Below are positions 1-13,119 of a stretch of DNA of 64,000 nt, in pieces (position 1 is the first letter of the stretch; each line of letters begins with the position of its first letter). A program made the translations under genes and the position numbers. The notes under the pieces were generated by a model. It was given only the letters and a program-made list of their open reading frames with translations. It ran no database searches and was not told where the DNA came from. This DNA is from Octopus vulgaris (Eukaryota): assembly GCA_951406725.2 (NCBI GenBank), contig OX597820.1:72974001-73038000 (forward strand), given 5' to 3'.

Positions 1-9
1 AAGTATCTA

Positions 10-305
10 TGGCACGTGACTTTGCAGTTAGGCGGGCTGCACTACGATCTGGAGATCGTGGTTTCGATTCCCAGACCGTTGCACGTTGTGTTCCTGTGCA
101 AAACATATTATTCCACGTTGCTCTAGTCCACTTAGCTGTAAATGGATAAACACACAACGGGCTAGCCTGCCTTCTGATCAAGGGGAATGTCGGATTGCTA
201 GTCTAACCAGCAGAGTGACATCATTCGAAAGCTAAAACAAAACGATGCAAAGCGCATTGTGACCAGCGAAGTCTAACATCTGATAGTCTGGTCGATCACG
301 TGATC
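10..305 (+). mobile_element. tRNA-headed SINE, family C
   Basis: Pol III B-box-like GGTTTCGATTCCC at ~60-72; central block TTCCACGTTGCTCTAGTCCACTTAGCTGTAAA shared with copies at 13960-13990 and 49290-49325 (-); 3' tail GTGACCAGCG...GGTCGATCACGTGAT shared with 1858-1980. Confidence 0.75.
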
Positions 306-1336
306 TATGGTTATAACAGCGAGCAGGAATGACAGAACCTTTGGAGTGTCAAACTGCTGTATACTTTAAATCAATTCGCAACTAGAATGGTTTAGAAATA
401 TTAAATTCGATCCAGTACTACAGTTCTTTATTAATATTTTATTTTATCGGATCCTAGAAAGAATAAAACACAAAGCTAACAACCTCAGCGAAATTTGAAC
501 TCAGAGTGCAACTAAATTTGACAGGCATTTTGCTTGATTCTCTAACGATCTTAACAATAGTGTTCATGAAATTTATCTGACTAAATGACGACAGTTCTAT
601 TATGTGTGTGTATTTATGTGTAAGAGATACGCCTTTTGAAAAACGTCAAATTTGATCGTATTCATTTTTATTCGACGCCTCAATATTGCTAATAAGTATT
701 ATATTTGAAAACAATGACAAATGTTGCTGGGGGAAAAGCGCTAACAAAACCTCAATTAAACTATCAGATATTGCCATTTTTCTCTTAGCGACCTGACATT
801 CACAGAAGTCAAGGCAGTAACATGGCTATCAATTGCCTTTTTTTTATGAGTCGGAGACGGCCAATACTCTTTAACCGTCTTTTCATCAAAGAATGTATTG
901 AGAATTATTTCATCGCTCTGACAGCTTCATTATTTAACGTCTTTCACGTCACCTAAGAGAAATTTCTAGTTTATTATGGCAGAATTTCCAGTGGCAGCAA
1001 GCATCTTAATTAAACATTTTCATTGAATACGAGAAAAAGGAAAGGGGAAAGAAAAAAAATAAAAGCAAAGAACAAGGAAGAATAAAAACAAATAAAAATC
1101 TAATTGAATAGTTCACTGATTTCTTATTTTGCCTTACTATAAAATACGACACTATTTTGTTAAGGGAAGCAATAAAGCTTGTTAAATAGCTCCGGTTAAT
1201 CACCGGTATATGCATTTTTCTTTCTAAAAGATGAAATGCAATGTTTGCCTCTTGATAAATTCGCTGTAGATGCAGAATAGTAAAGTTAGCAAGACCTAGG
1301 GCTGACATTCTTTTTCGCTGTTGTGTTCTGATCGCA

Positions 1337-1658
<322 letters not shown>

Positions 1659-1857
1659 GTTTTCACTAAATATGAGCCTAGGCAAAAGAAATGTACACGA
1701 ATTGAATTGCCTCAACGATCTCTCATATAATGACCGTAGTCAAGTTGTAGTCAACGTATCTATTGTAATGATGATCCTCTCCCCACCCTCACTGCACCAA
1801 CTTTTTCAGTTAAAATTACACTAGTAGTGAATATATATATATATATATATATATATA

Positions 1858-1980
1858 GGCCTGCTCGCTTAGCCAGCAGAGTGGCGTCATTTGAAGGCTA
1901 AAACAATGCGTGCGAAGCGCATTGTGACCAACGATGTGTAGCAACATCAGATAGCTTGGTCGGTCACGGTGATCACGGTG
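1858..1980 (+). mobile_element. 3' fragment of SINE family C between (TA)n tracts
   Basis: Matches 205-305 (CCAGCAGAGTG.CATCATT.GAA.GCTAAAACAA...GCGCATTGTGACCA). Confidence 0.75.
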
Positions 1981-1994
1981 ATATATATATATAT

Positions 1995-2025
<31 letters not shown>

Positions 2026-2054
2026 CATACACATATATATACACACACACACAA

Positions 2055-2127
<73 letters not shown>

Positions 2128-2874
2128 TATATTACCGTGATCACCGGTAATATATATAGGTTTTAAGATTAATTCTGATTAAGAACGGCAAGGGACATCA
2201 ATATGAGAGTGTAATTACTTTTAAACAATGTATATATATATGTAATTATATGTACATATATATATATATCATTAGATATATATACGTATATACATACGTA
2301 TATACATATTTATACATATATTCATATATTTATACATATATTCATATATATATATACATATACATGCAATGTATATGTATGTATATTTGTATATATATAT
2401 ATGTATATATATATATACATATATATATATATACGTATGCATACACACATACACACTCACACATACACACACACACAGCAGCAGTAGCAGCAGCAGAGCA
2501 GCGGGATGTGAACCTGCGTTTGGCATGTATAAACACTTAAGTATTGTGTCACCAGCATGAAGCCAAAATAAATGAATAAATAAATAACTACAAACAGTTA
2601 CGCTATGAGTGAGAATCAATATTAATCAACGATCTACCATTTTAGAAAGTATTCTAGTTATGAAGACTGTTTTGCTTTTCGAGATAAAATAAGAAGCATT
2701 TAATTACTGAGGTCTGGAGGGAAGAGCTATGCTCTTGGATTTTGCTGACTCTCCAAAACCTGTGAGATGACCATGGCTAATAATGTTGATCTTGAATAGT
2801 TGCGTGATGAAAGTTGCAGGAAAAAAAAAAACACATGTGCAGGCTGGATACTCGAGAGAAATGATGATCAGTTG

Positions 2875-3195
2875 GTAAAGTCAGAAAACAGCACATCTCC
2901 CATGACTTTCGGAAACATTTTTTCACGCTAAGAGTTACTGAAGCATGGTACAAACTGCTGGCATCAGTTGTTAGTTGTCGGAGCACTGCATCCTTCGAAA
3001 CTTCCATGCTTCCTGAGATTCGCCAACACTACACCTGATTTTCTCCCCTCCATACACACGCAAGCATGTATCTGACTCATACACTGTTCACTTCCCAGAC
3101 ATTTGTACATTACTGCATCTGCTTTATACGCACTTTTGACAAGTTGTGGTGCACCTGAGCACTGTATACAATAATTTCATTATATATTATATTAT
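2875..3195 (+). mobile_element. CR1-type LINE, 3' end of ORF2 plus 3' UTR and (ATT)-rich tail
   Basis: Frame reads KVRKQHISHDFRKHFFTLRVTEAWYKLLASVVSCRSTASFETSML..*, matching the R-x-x-FF-x-x-RV-x-x-x-WN-x-LP C-terminal motif of CR1 ORF2. Confidence 0.8.
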
Positions 3196-3199
3196 ATAA

Positions 3200-4340
3200 A
3201 CGACCTGGCGGGTGACGGGAAGAATAGAGGTGAGTGAGCCGGGTGTATGTGAGAGGTCAATTCCAAGGGGCATAAGCCAAAGTCGAAGTTGTTAAAAACT
3301 TAGAGAAGGAACAGCACGTCTGTGGAACAGAAGCTGGAGTGCATTGGTAAGCGACTTCATATCAATCAATCTACTGGGCCTTACTTTGGCTGCAGTCTAA
3401 GACATCTGTATGAGTAGCAGCCGCATCGTCCCAGGTGTAGGTTCATTACCCGATTGTGGGTCTCACCTGTAATTTGTTGCGAGTTGGTAGTTGTTAGGTG
3501 GGCGGGAAAACTAAAATATTTTCTTGCTCTGAAGAGATTCTTTCTGGTGCGTTCCTTTCCAATTCTGAGAAAATGAAATTGCTCTGAGAGATGGTGAGGA
3601 CCAGCATTTGTAGCGAGTTTGAGAGTTCTAGTCGCTTGTTGTCCTTTTACTTGTTTCGTTCATTTGATTGCGGCCTGCTGGAGCACCGATTTTAGTCGAG
3701 CAAATCGACCCCTGGACTTATTCTTCGTAAGCCCAGTACTTATTCTATCGGTCTCTTTTGCCGAACCGCTAAGTTACAGGGACGTAAACGCACCAGCAAT
3801 GTTAGGGGGACAAAAACAGACATACAAACATACACACACGCGCGCACAAACATAGACACACACATATACGACGGGCTTCTTTCAGTTTCCGTCTATCAAA
3901 TCCACTCACAAGGCTTTGGTCGGCCCGAGTCTGTTGTAGAAGACACTTGCCCGAGTGGGACTGAACCCGGAACCGTGTGGTTGGTAAGCAAGCTACTTAC
4001 CACACAGCCACTCCTGCGCCTTGTTGTTCATGTTTATATTGAATAATGGCGTTATTTTACTGATACATATCTTTATGTTCTTGAAAGAAACAATATTAGT
4101 ATGACTCCGAAGGAGATGTCTTCGAGGCCCTCTCTGCCCATGTAATTAGAATAGATTTCGCATGAAATGTCTAGGCTGCATGTCGCCAACACTTGGGGAC
4201 AAGAGATCGGGGGAGAGTGAAGGGTGATATCATTGGAGTTGGAGTGAGTATTTTTGGGTATGATGGCAAGTAGGTCTTTGATGTGAATGAGGAAGAGTAT
4301 TAGGAGAAAAAATAATCAACCTTGGGACACACAAATGTTA
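3200..4340 (-). mobile_element. decayed L2/CR1-group LINE reverse transcriptase fragments, interrupted by a SINE B
   Basis: Minus strand 4335-4210 gives SQG..SPILFLIHIKDLL..THSNSNDITLH (decayed PQG/YADD region); 3470-3220 gives QVRPT...W....VLD...LI...LQLLFHRRAV, typical post-RT sequence; stops and frameshifts present. Confidence 0.65.
3645..4020 (-). mobile_element. SINE family B (tRNA-like head, CORE-like ACCTTGGGCAAGT block in most copies, internal microsatellite, CR1/L2-type tail)
   Basis: Near-identical to copies at 10589-11000, 13120-13512, 21040-21470; head GGCGCAGGAGTGGCTGTGTGGTAAG...GGTTCAGTCCC. Confidence 0.9.
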
Positions 4341-4359
4341 CATAATTTGTATTATGTCA

Positions 4360-4577
4360 ATATTGGTTTAAAATCTTGGCACATGGTCTGCAATTTCGGG
4401 TAAAGCGTACGTCGAGTATATCGACCCCCAGTGCTCAAATGGTATTTAATTTATCGACCGCGAAAGGATGAAAGTTAAAATCGATCTAGGTGGAATTTGA
4501 ACTCAGAACATGAAGACGAATGAAATACCGTTAAGCATTTTGCCGGCGAGCAAACGATTCTGCGAGCTCACTGCCTC
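4360..4577 (-). mobile_element. SINE family A (diverged copy)
   Basis: GAGTTCAAATTCC B box and TTTCATCCTTTCG.GGTCGATAAATTA block on the minus strand. Confidence 0.85.
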
Positions 4578-5048
4578 CAAAATTATACAAATATAACATA
4601 TAATAGTGTATATTATTAGTTCGATGTCACCTTGGTAGAAAGAGACAAAACGAAGAGGCAGAACATAGAAGACGTTAAATGCAAGTGGGGGTGGGGTGAT
4701 CAAAATATTGCGAGAAACAGGTGTAGAGAGAGATTTTGCAATGGCTGAAGTAACGTGTCTTGATCAAAATGAAAGTGCAAATTTTTATCGTAATATTGGT
4801 GAAATATATATTTTCACTTATTATTATAGTTTATGTTCAAAAGGGAAGAAAGAAAAGATAAACAGTGGGGAAAAAAACACGTCACGTGTTGATTCTAAAT
4901 GATAGGAGTTCACACACTAAATTTCATAGTTTATATTGAAAGCGAAATACAAAAATAAAAAAAATACAGAACTGGAAACAAAACACGTTTAGTATCCGTA
5001 TTGATTTTACGTAATGGAAGTTCACACACCCAAACACTAGTAGAAGCT

Positions 5049-5250
5049 CTCACTCACTCACTCACTCACTCACTCACTCACTCACTCACTCACTCACTCA
5101 CTCACTCACTCACTCACTCACTCACTCACTCACTCACTCACTCACTCACTCACTCATTCACTCACTCACTCATTCACTCACTCACTCACTCACTCACTCA
5201 CTCACTCACTCACTCACTCACTCACTCACTCTCTCACTCACACACTCACT
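5049..5250. repeat. (ACTC)n microsatellite
   Basis: Directly visible. Confidence 0.98.
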
Positions 5251-5307
5251 TTTACAGACAGAAATACGCAAACTATTTTTTCTCTCTCTCTCTTTTTCTC
5301 ATTTTTT

Positions 5308-5347
<40 letters not shown>

Positions 5348-5703
5348 TACACACACACATACACACACACACACATACACACACACAGGCAATATAACAG
5401 AACTATTGTTTTCTTGACTGAACGTACGAAAACCAATCATTAACATAACACTTTGCAGGTCGGTTTAGAAAAACATTTTCTAGGTACAAAAAAATTGTTT
5501 AGCATTTAATTTCGCATACATACATACATACATACATATGAATACATATATACATACATACATCATACATAGATTCAGACACATGCAAGCATACACACAT
5601 GCACATATACTAACATATATATACACACACATGCGTACACTCATACACACACACACCTGCATCCATACAAATGTGTTTGTGTATGCGTGTGTGTATATAT
5701 AGG

Positions 5704-5704
<1 letters not shown>

Positions 5705-5753
<49 letters not shown>

Positions 5754-5796
5754 TAGATAGATAGATAGATAGATAGAGATAGATAGATAGATAGAT

Positions 5797-5865
<69 letters not shown>
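5705..5865. repeat. (AGAT)n/(AGAC)n microsatellite
   Basis: Directly visible. Confidence 0.98.
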
Positions 5866-5866
<1 letters not shown>

Positions 5867-5987
5867 TATATATTATCATGTATTTAAGATTTATTTTGAA
5901 AAGAAAAAATTATTTAATTTCTCGTATATATTTTGTTTTAGAAATTGTTTGCGAAAGAAACGCAATTAATATTTAATCACGCACAGG

Positions 5988-6053
<66 letters not shown>

Positions 6054-6368
6054 TGCATGTATGTATGTCCATATACGCGTGTGTGAGTGCGTGTGCTTGT
6101 GTGTTTGTATGTGCGTACTATGTGTGTTAAAAGATACGTAACGAAAAGTTTCACGGACTTAAAAAATAACATCACATTTAATTTAATTCTTTTTTTTTTA
6201 TGTTAAACACAAACTGCGAAGTTTTTAGATAAGAAATTATCAATGGCTTCTGGTTTTTAATGGTTATGCTACTTTCTATTGATAATAAAATTACCGGAAT
6301 TTTTTCTCGGCGTTTCCGTCTATGTTATATATATATATATATAAATAATATTATATTATATTATATTA

Positions 6369-6752
6369 CCTTTTACTTGCTTTATCATTAGACTGCCACC
6401 ATGCTGGGGCACCGCTTTGAAGAATTTTAATCGAACGAATTGACCCCAGTATTTATTTTTTTTAATAGCTCGATACTTATTGTATCGAACCCTTTCGCCG
6501 AACCGTTAAGTTACAAGGACATAAACACACCAACACCGGTTAGCAAGTGATGGTGGTGAACAAGTACACACACATACACACATATATATATAATATACGA
6601 CGAGCTTCTTTCAGTTTCCGCCTACCAAATCCACTCACAAGACTTTGGTCAACTCGAGGCTGCAGTACAAAACATTTGCCCAAGGTGCCACGCAGTAGGA
6701 CTGAACCTGGAACCATGTGGTTGGGAAGCAAACTTCCTACCACATAACCATA
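6369..6752 (-). mobile_element. SINE family B
   Basis: Colinear with other B copies over its full length. Confidence 0.9.
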
Positions 6753-6804
6753 CCCCACCTTACACACACACATACATACACATATATGCATATATATATA
6801 CATA

Positions 6805-6854
<50 letters not shown>

Positions 6855-6887
6855 TCAATAAATGGTGGGGTTATACACACCCACACA

Positions 6888-6923
<36 letters not shown>

Positions 6924-7117
6924 TGTATGTATGTATGTATGTATGTATGTATGTAGGTAGGTAGGTAGGTAGGTATGTAGGTAGGTAGGTAGGTAGGTAG
7001 GTAGGTAGAAAGGCAAAAATACAAGTCAGCTTAATGTATATATTTATACTGAATACAAAATACAGATTATGGATTAAAGGAACAAAGTAAACGAAAGGTG
7101 TGATGAAAGAATTTTAT

Positions 7118-7260
7118 GTTCGCAGCTGTTTCGGTAGCGCTATGCTCTGTGCCGTAACGACGTTCACACGCATGGAATATCCATGATGTGACATGTGTAT
7201 GCAATAGCATAAGATCCAATGGCTTTGTTTGGCGGAAGTCTGGTTACCGTCATCAGAAGT
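7118..7260 (-). ncRNA. degenerate hammerhead-ribozyme motif with long stem-II insert (Penelope-type)
   Basis: Minus strand CUGAUGA (7256-7250), GGUA...UACC closing stem, GAAAC-AGCU-G (7132-7123); cleavage triplet mutated to GCG. Confidence 0.5.
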
Positions 7261-7818
7261 GAAAATAGCGAATGCGTATTTCATAGCAGTGTTTACAATG
7301 TATAAAGTTTTATGGAGAAGAGAATGGGTTAGTAAGGGAAGTGTTCGAGGAAAGAGAAGGTATAGATAGAGAAGTGGTGGTGGAGTGATTAAAGAGGAAT
7401 TAATGTCATAAAAATTAGGTGACAAAAACAGAAGAGAGGGTAGATAAAGTCTATTGTGATAGCATGACAGTTGTAGGGTGGTCTTCAAAAATATATGGAA
7501 TAGCAGGGAGACCATAAGTAGTAAACGCCAGTACAGACATGGTAAGTTGTAAAGGAAGACAGCTGCAACTCAATGATATAGTAGGGGATGTGTATATCTT
7601 CAGTGAATCGTCACTTAATGTCGTTGATAGATTCTTGAGCAGTAAAACGGAGTAAAGCGAATCCTAGTTTATAACGTGTTCAATAAGAGAGTCAAAGTTT
7701 CCATTCTTACAATATATTCCTACGGCATATTCTCAACCACAAATGTATTAAGAAACTTCTAAATATGGACTTAAAACACTTCTGGTATTAAACGATGAAA
7801 TATGACCGTGTGTGTGTG

Positions 7819-7859
<41 letters not shown>

Positions 7860-7939
7860 GGTAGAAATGCATTCAAGGTATAGATAAAAAAGTAGTGGTG
7901 GTGTGATTAAAGAAGAATTAATGTTATGAAAATATATCT

Positions 7940-9330
7940 GGTGGGCTCTATAGGGACGATGCCCTCATGGCAGTAAATGGCTTATCTAAACCGAAAGTCG
8001 AACGTATAAAGAAGTCATTAAGAAAATTTGTTTAGAATCTTTTTAATTTCAATATTGTATTTGATACTAACACAAAAATTATGAATTGCTTTGGATGTCA
8101 CACTTAATTTAAATACCCTTACTGGAAACCAAACCAAATATTACAATATATAAACGTTTCCTCTAATCCTTCAAAATTAACCCTCGATAGTATCATTATG
8201 GCTATCTCTATTAGAATATTCAACCCATCAGCAAATGAGATCTTTAATGCACATCTCCCATTTTATAATCGAGCCCTTAAACTAAACGGATTTCGTGATC
8301 ATATTTTCTACATCCACAACACCAGACTCAAAACCAATTAGCTAATTTCCATTCTGACAATCTTGAAATTACTAATACGATTTCTGCCTTCAATTATAAA
8401 CGTACAAGAAAACCTTTTTGCTAACCATACGAAACTTCATAACCTTCATTTTAGTAACCGCAATAAACGTAGTCCCTCTATATCTGAACACCCTAATGTG
8501 GTAACCCACTCTAAATCTAGAAAGAGAAATTATTTGGTTCGCCCCCCACCATTTTCTCTCAGTCAAAAATTTATCAAAACTGTTTAAGATTCTGAAATTA
8601 AATTTTCCTAAGCACCACAAATATTATCCCATATTTAACACTCTATAGAGTTATCTTACTCTACCACATCGAATTTGGGACCTATAATGGCATCCTCAAA
8701 TAGAAATAAACTCCGACTTCAAATGGTTAAAAGCTTAGATCACCATAAGGTGCACCATATAAGTCCAAATAAGATTAATAAAACAAAAGTCTATCTAAAT
8801 CTAAAAGCAATCAATCCCAACTAAACCTCGGCCAACACGACACAACTTTAATAAATCTGAGTAAAATTAAAGATAGAAATGGAAATACTTGTAACTGTAA
8901 GGTCCCCGAATTATGTCCGCTCGCTGGATTGTTGTTTTTTTTTACGAAAAAATGTAATTTATAAATGCAGTGTGGAAAATGGCAAACATCAGATAAGAGT
9001 ATACATAGGAAGCACTACAGATTTTTAAGAGACCATATCGAACCCACTTACATTCCTTTAGTAAACTAAAATATAAGCTGCACTGCATTAGCTTGATACA
9101 TACATGATTTAGAATTACAGAACATCAATTGCACATTATCTTGGTCTATTATAGATGAGGTTACCCCCCATACGATTATAGGCAGATGCAGAATGTACAC
9201 AAAAGAATCATACTATCCTCCGCCTGTATAATTCTACCGTATTAAATAAGTTTTTCGATGCTATTCATTCATATAACCACAGATATTACTCAACTTTCAT
9301 GAGACTTTTTAAAAATCCGAACGTAGCCTT
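7940..9330 (+). mobile_element. decayed Penelope-like element (RT C-terminal half plus C-terminal GIY-YIG endonuclease)
   Basis: GLYRDDAL with YRDD at 7949-7960; LDVTLNL..YWKPN...YINVSSN at ~8090-8170; CNCKVPELCPLAG from 8890; NVIYKC...VYIGSTTDF at 8951-9026; multiple stops and frameshifts. Confidence 0.88.
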
Positions 9331-9859
9331 ACTAAGTTACGCCGCACAACTTAAGACAATATTGCCTATAACACGATATTGCCAATATAAATTTTAACAA
9401 AGACATTAAGTAGTGTAGCTTTTACTCCCATCAGCCCTCATATAGACTTCCACCATTTGCATAAATATAGCCGTTCTTCCATAAAATCTTCTAGTTACCT
9501 CTGAATGCATTAGACCCTGTTTATGGGCTCCCAACATGTGTGTCAAAATTTGAAAGCGATGACAAACTGTTTTCTTTGTTTTTGTGTCCACAGACAGCCG
9601 TAGTAGACAGTCCATATTTAGTTATCAAAGAATAAATATTTGCAAAGCAAAATTATTAACCGCACTTTCTATCACAACTCGATTCAAAATCAAACAATAA
9701 CAAAAACTGGCTTTTCATGAATCTTGCAAACTTCATAATTCGCCACGAGGCCGCTATGTTTTAATATGTACTTTTACCACCCCACACAACTGATTTTTTT
9801 TTTATTTATTCGTCTAAATCTATGACTTTCATTTAACAACTTTTTCTAAGAATCCTTAA

Positions 9860-10045
9860 TACGTCAAACAGATGCTTAGTGACATTTTTTCCGGTTCATC
9901 TTCTGAGTTCAAATGCTGCCGAAATCGACTTTGCCTTTCATCCTTTCGGAATCGCTAAAATAACTACCATTTGATCTCTGGGGCTAATGTAATCGATTTA
10001 ATCCATCTTCTAAAATTGCCGGCACTGTGCCAAAATTTTGAAACA
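9860..10045 (+). mobile_element. SINE family A (diverged)
   Basis: TTCTGAGTTCAAAT...TCGACTTTGCCTTTCATCCTTTCGG. Confidence 0.85.
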
Positions 10046-10588
10046 ACTATTTAATACCGTGTCTAAATAGATGTTAGAATGAAAAGGTTTTACTGGAAAA
10101 TCGAAAAGGAACCGGTTTGCGTTCAGTACATCTGATAAAAAAAAACACCCATCTTGCTATAGAAATGCATTAGTTCGAATCTGTTAAACACAAAGGCGTG
10201 CTTTAGGTTTCATTGTCTATTTTATGTCTTATGAACTGACGTACCTTAAAATAGTTACATCTCTTTGAAGATGTGGATGGATGTATAAATATAGCTTCTG
10301 AGATGATATTCCTGAAATAAAATATATTGAAAAATCAGTATCGTTGTCTATAACTTTTTATTTATCTATAATTCCCTGAACTGAAAGCACAAATTACAAA
10401 AGAAAGGAAGGCATAAAAGGAAACAAAAAAAAAATTTTCTGTTTGTGAAGTGAACACTTTGCGGAATGTTTTTTCATAGTATTTTGATTTTATAGTGTTA
10501 CAACAATGTTATAACGAAATGATGTTGAAATGAACCACGCTTACTAAGCCACCAAACACGTACATACATTTTATATATTTATCTATAT

Positions 10589-11000
10589 AGGAGTAGGAGT
10601 GGCTGTGTGGTAAGCAGCTTGCTTACGAACCACATTGTTCCAGGTTCAGTCCCACTGCGTGGCAACTTGGGCAAGTGTCTTCTACTATAACCTCGGGCCG
10701 ACCAAAGTCTTGTGAGTGGATTTGCTAGACGGAAACTGAAAGAAGCCCGTTGTATGTGTGTATATATATGTATGTATGTATGTGTTTGTGTGTCTGTGTT
10801 TGCCCCCCCCCCCCAACATCGCTTGTCAACCGATGCTGGTGTGTTTACGTCCCAGAAACTTAGCGGTTCGGTGAAAGAGACCGATAGAATAAGTACTAGA
10901 CTTACAAGGAATAAGTCCTGGGGTCGATTTGCTCGGCTAAAGGCGGTGCTCCAGCATGACCGCAGTCAAATGACTGAAACAAGTAAAAGAGTAAAGAGTA
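10589..11000 (+). mobile_element. SINE family B, full length
   Basis: Head, internal (TA/TG) microsatellite and 3' stem-loop CAGTCAAATGACTG followed by AAACAAGTAAAAGAGTAAAGAG tail. Confidence 0.92.
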
Positions 11001-11209
11001 TATATATATATAAATACACACACACACACATATATATGTACATGTATATTTATGTGTATGTATGTATATGTTACATATAAATATAGACACATATATATAC
11101 ACATATATAAATACATGTGTTACATATAAATATAGACATACGTCCATACATAAAAACATGTACATAAATAATATATTGCATAGATATTACATATAATATG
11201 TGTGTATCA

Positions 11210-11660
11210 TAAAAAGTTAAGTCTCTACTCCCTAGAACGAAGTGGGGAAAGATATGCAGTGATATACCTCTGGAAGAACTTGTACTAAACTTTAGCATTG
11301 GAAATTACAAACAGTAGAACGGGACGCCACTGCATAGTGCTAAAGATCCTAAAATTGCCATCAGGATACAGGACCAGATACTGCAACATTTGGGTTTCAA
11401 GAGGCTCACAGCTCTTTAATATTCCCCCCAAATACCTGAGAGACCTATATGATGTCTTCAAAACAGAACTTCATCTCCTTTCAAGAATTTTGGATGAAAC
11501 CACCTTGCGGCAGGGAACGCATAAGGGCAGCAACATCAAACTCCCCTCATTTACCAAATACCACATATCAGGAGGTTTCAAGTAGTGAAAGTGTTAATAA
11601 AGCTAACGGCAGTGCCCCAGCATGGCCGCAGCTCTCGTGCTAATACTAATAAAAGAAAAA
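11210..11660 (+). mobile_element. CR1/L2-group LINE 3' end
   Basis: Decayed KLSLYSLER...YAVIY...QLFNIPPKYLRDL...VFKTEL; homologous to 24385-24520 plus 24975-25400. Confidence 0.8.
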
Positions 11661-11804
11661 TATAAAAAAGAAATTGATAATTCATATTGTGCAGACTATA
11701 GTTAAGCTCCAGGTTAAGGGATTATGCGAATGAGGAGTCCAACGCAGGTCATATATTAGCATGCATGTATATAAAAAATTAACAGAATGAGATATCTTCT
11801 CGCA

Positions 11805-11856
11805 CCGTCTCCGATGAAGGGATATATAAAATATCCTGGAAACAGCTGTATGACCT
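11805..11856 (+). ncRNA. minimal hammerhead-like motif (Penelope pLTR type)
   Basis: CCGAUGA (11811-17), stem II GGGAUAU/AUAUCCU, GAAAC, palindromic ACAGCUGU stem III, GUA triplet, partial stem I GUC/GAC. Confidence 0.65.
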
Positions 11857-12287
11857 TCTCTTTATAAACGTTATGAAATCTTTCACAGCCTTGGATTTTT
11901 ATCTCATTATGTTAATTTTTTATATGATTCATATTATACATGCATATACACACATGTATATTTGATTAAAAACGTAGACAAACTTAGATCATGTTTTGTC
12001 CACAATTCTCCCAGGCCATATTTCATTTAATAGCAGTACCTAATACAATCTAAGTCATTTCTAAACGAAGTTTTGTTCTATTATCTTCCATTCAAGTATG
12101 GAGTTGTTGATATCGACTGAGATGTATAATGGTAAAGAAAGTTTAACTTCCTTTGCCGTTACTTCAAGGTGGGCCAAGGGAGCGATCTCGTTCATTGTGC
12201 GCCCTCCTCCTGGTTCGAAGGCTGTCTGGTGGTACGAGCCTTTATATTTAAGAATAAATATACTGTATGTATATAATATTTATATGT

Positions 12288-12377
<90 letters not shown>

Positions 12378-13119
12378 CGTGTATATATATAATATAGAGT
12401 TTTATTTGTCATGTGAAAGTAAAAACACGATGCTGTTGGAAGGTAGGCATCCTTCCCCTTCACTGGTCAGTTGAAGCTTAGATAGTGTCTCGTAAGAGTT
12501 AGCTGGTGCTGGTGCTGGCTGCTGGAGCCTGCCGGCAAATATTTAGAGGGAGATTTGGCAGGATGGTCATTCGCCTTCGGACATTCGTTGACACTGCATC
12601 GAAGAAACCAAAGAAGAAATGGCCAAAGAGAAAGAGGAAAAAGAAAACAAATACACTCAACACCAGAGCTGAACACACCTCGGAAAGTAGGGGGCGCCAC
12701 GTCGAAAACGGTAGAGGAGTAGGGGCCGAAACCGGACGTGGTTCCTCCTGGTAATGTCTTTAGCCACTGGGTCCTATAATGGAGTTGTTGAGGTTGCAAA
12801 CCACGAAACGTTGTTGGAGAACATTGGAGAAATTTTGGTGAAATGATGTAAATGATGGAACCTTTTTCATTCATCTGTTTTTAGGATATTTTGAAATAGT
12901 TGAACCTGTTGAGGAAAAGAAATTGTGTTGGAATGCGGTTAGTGTCGTGAACCTGAATTATGTAAGAGTTTGGCACGGGGTCCTAATTTTAGGTGAATTG
13001 TGAACTTGCTATTAAAGTCGTTTGGGCAATGCTGTTGGTATAATCTCCGCAACGTGCAAATGATATAACGCTCACGAAGACATCGAATGGATTAGAAACT
13101 CAATACTCAAGATCTGTTA

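Noticed and set aside
12506-12754. Basic K/R-rich ORF
   Set aside because: Purine-rich low-complexity strand of a probable repeat UTR; no domain or splice support.
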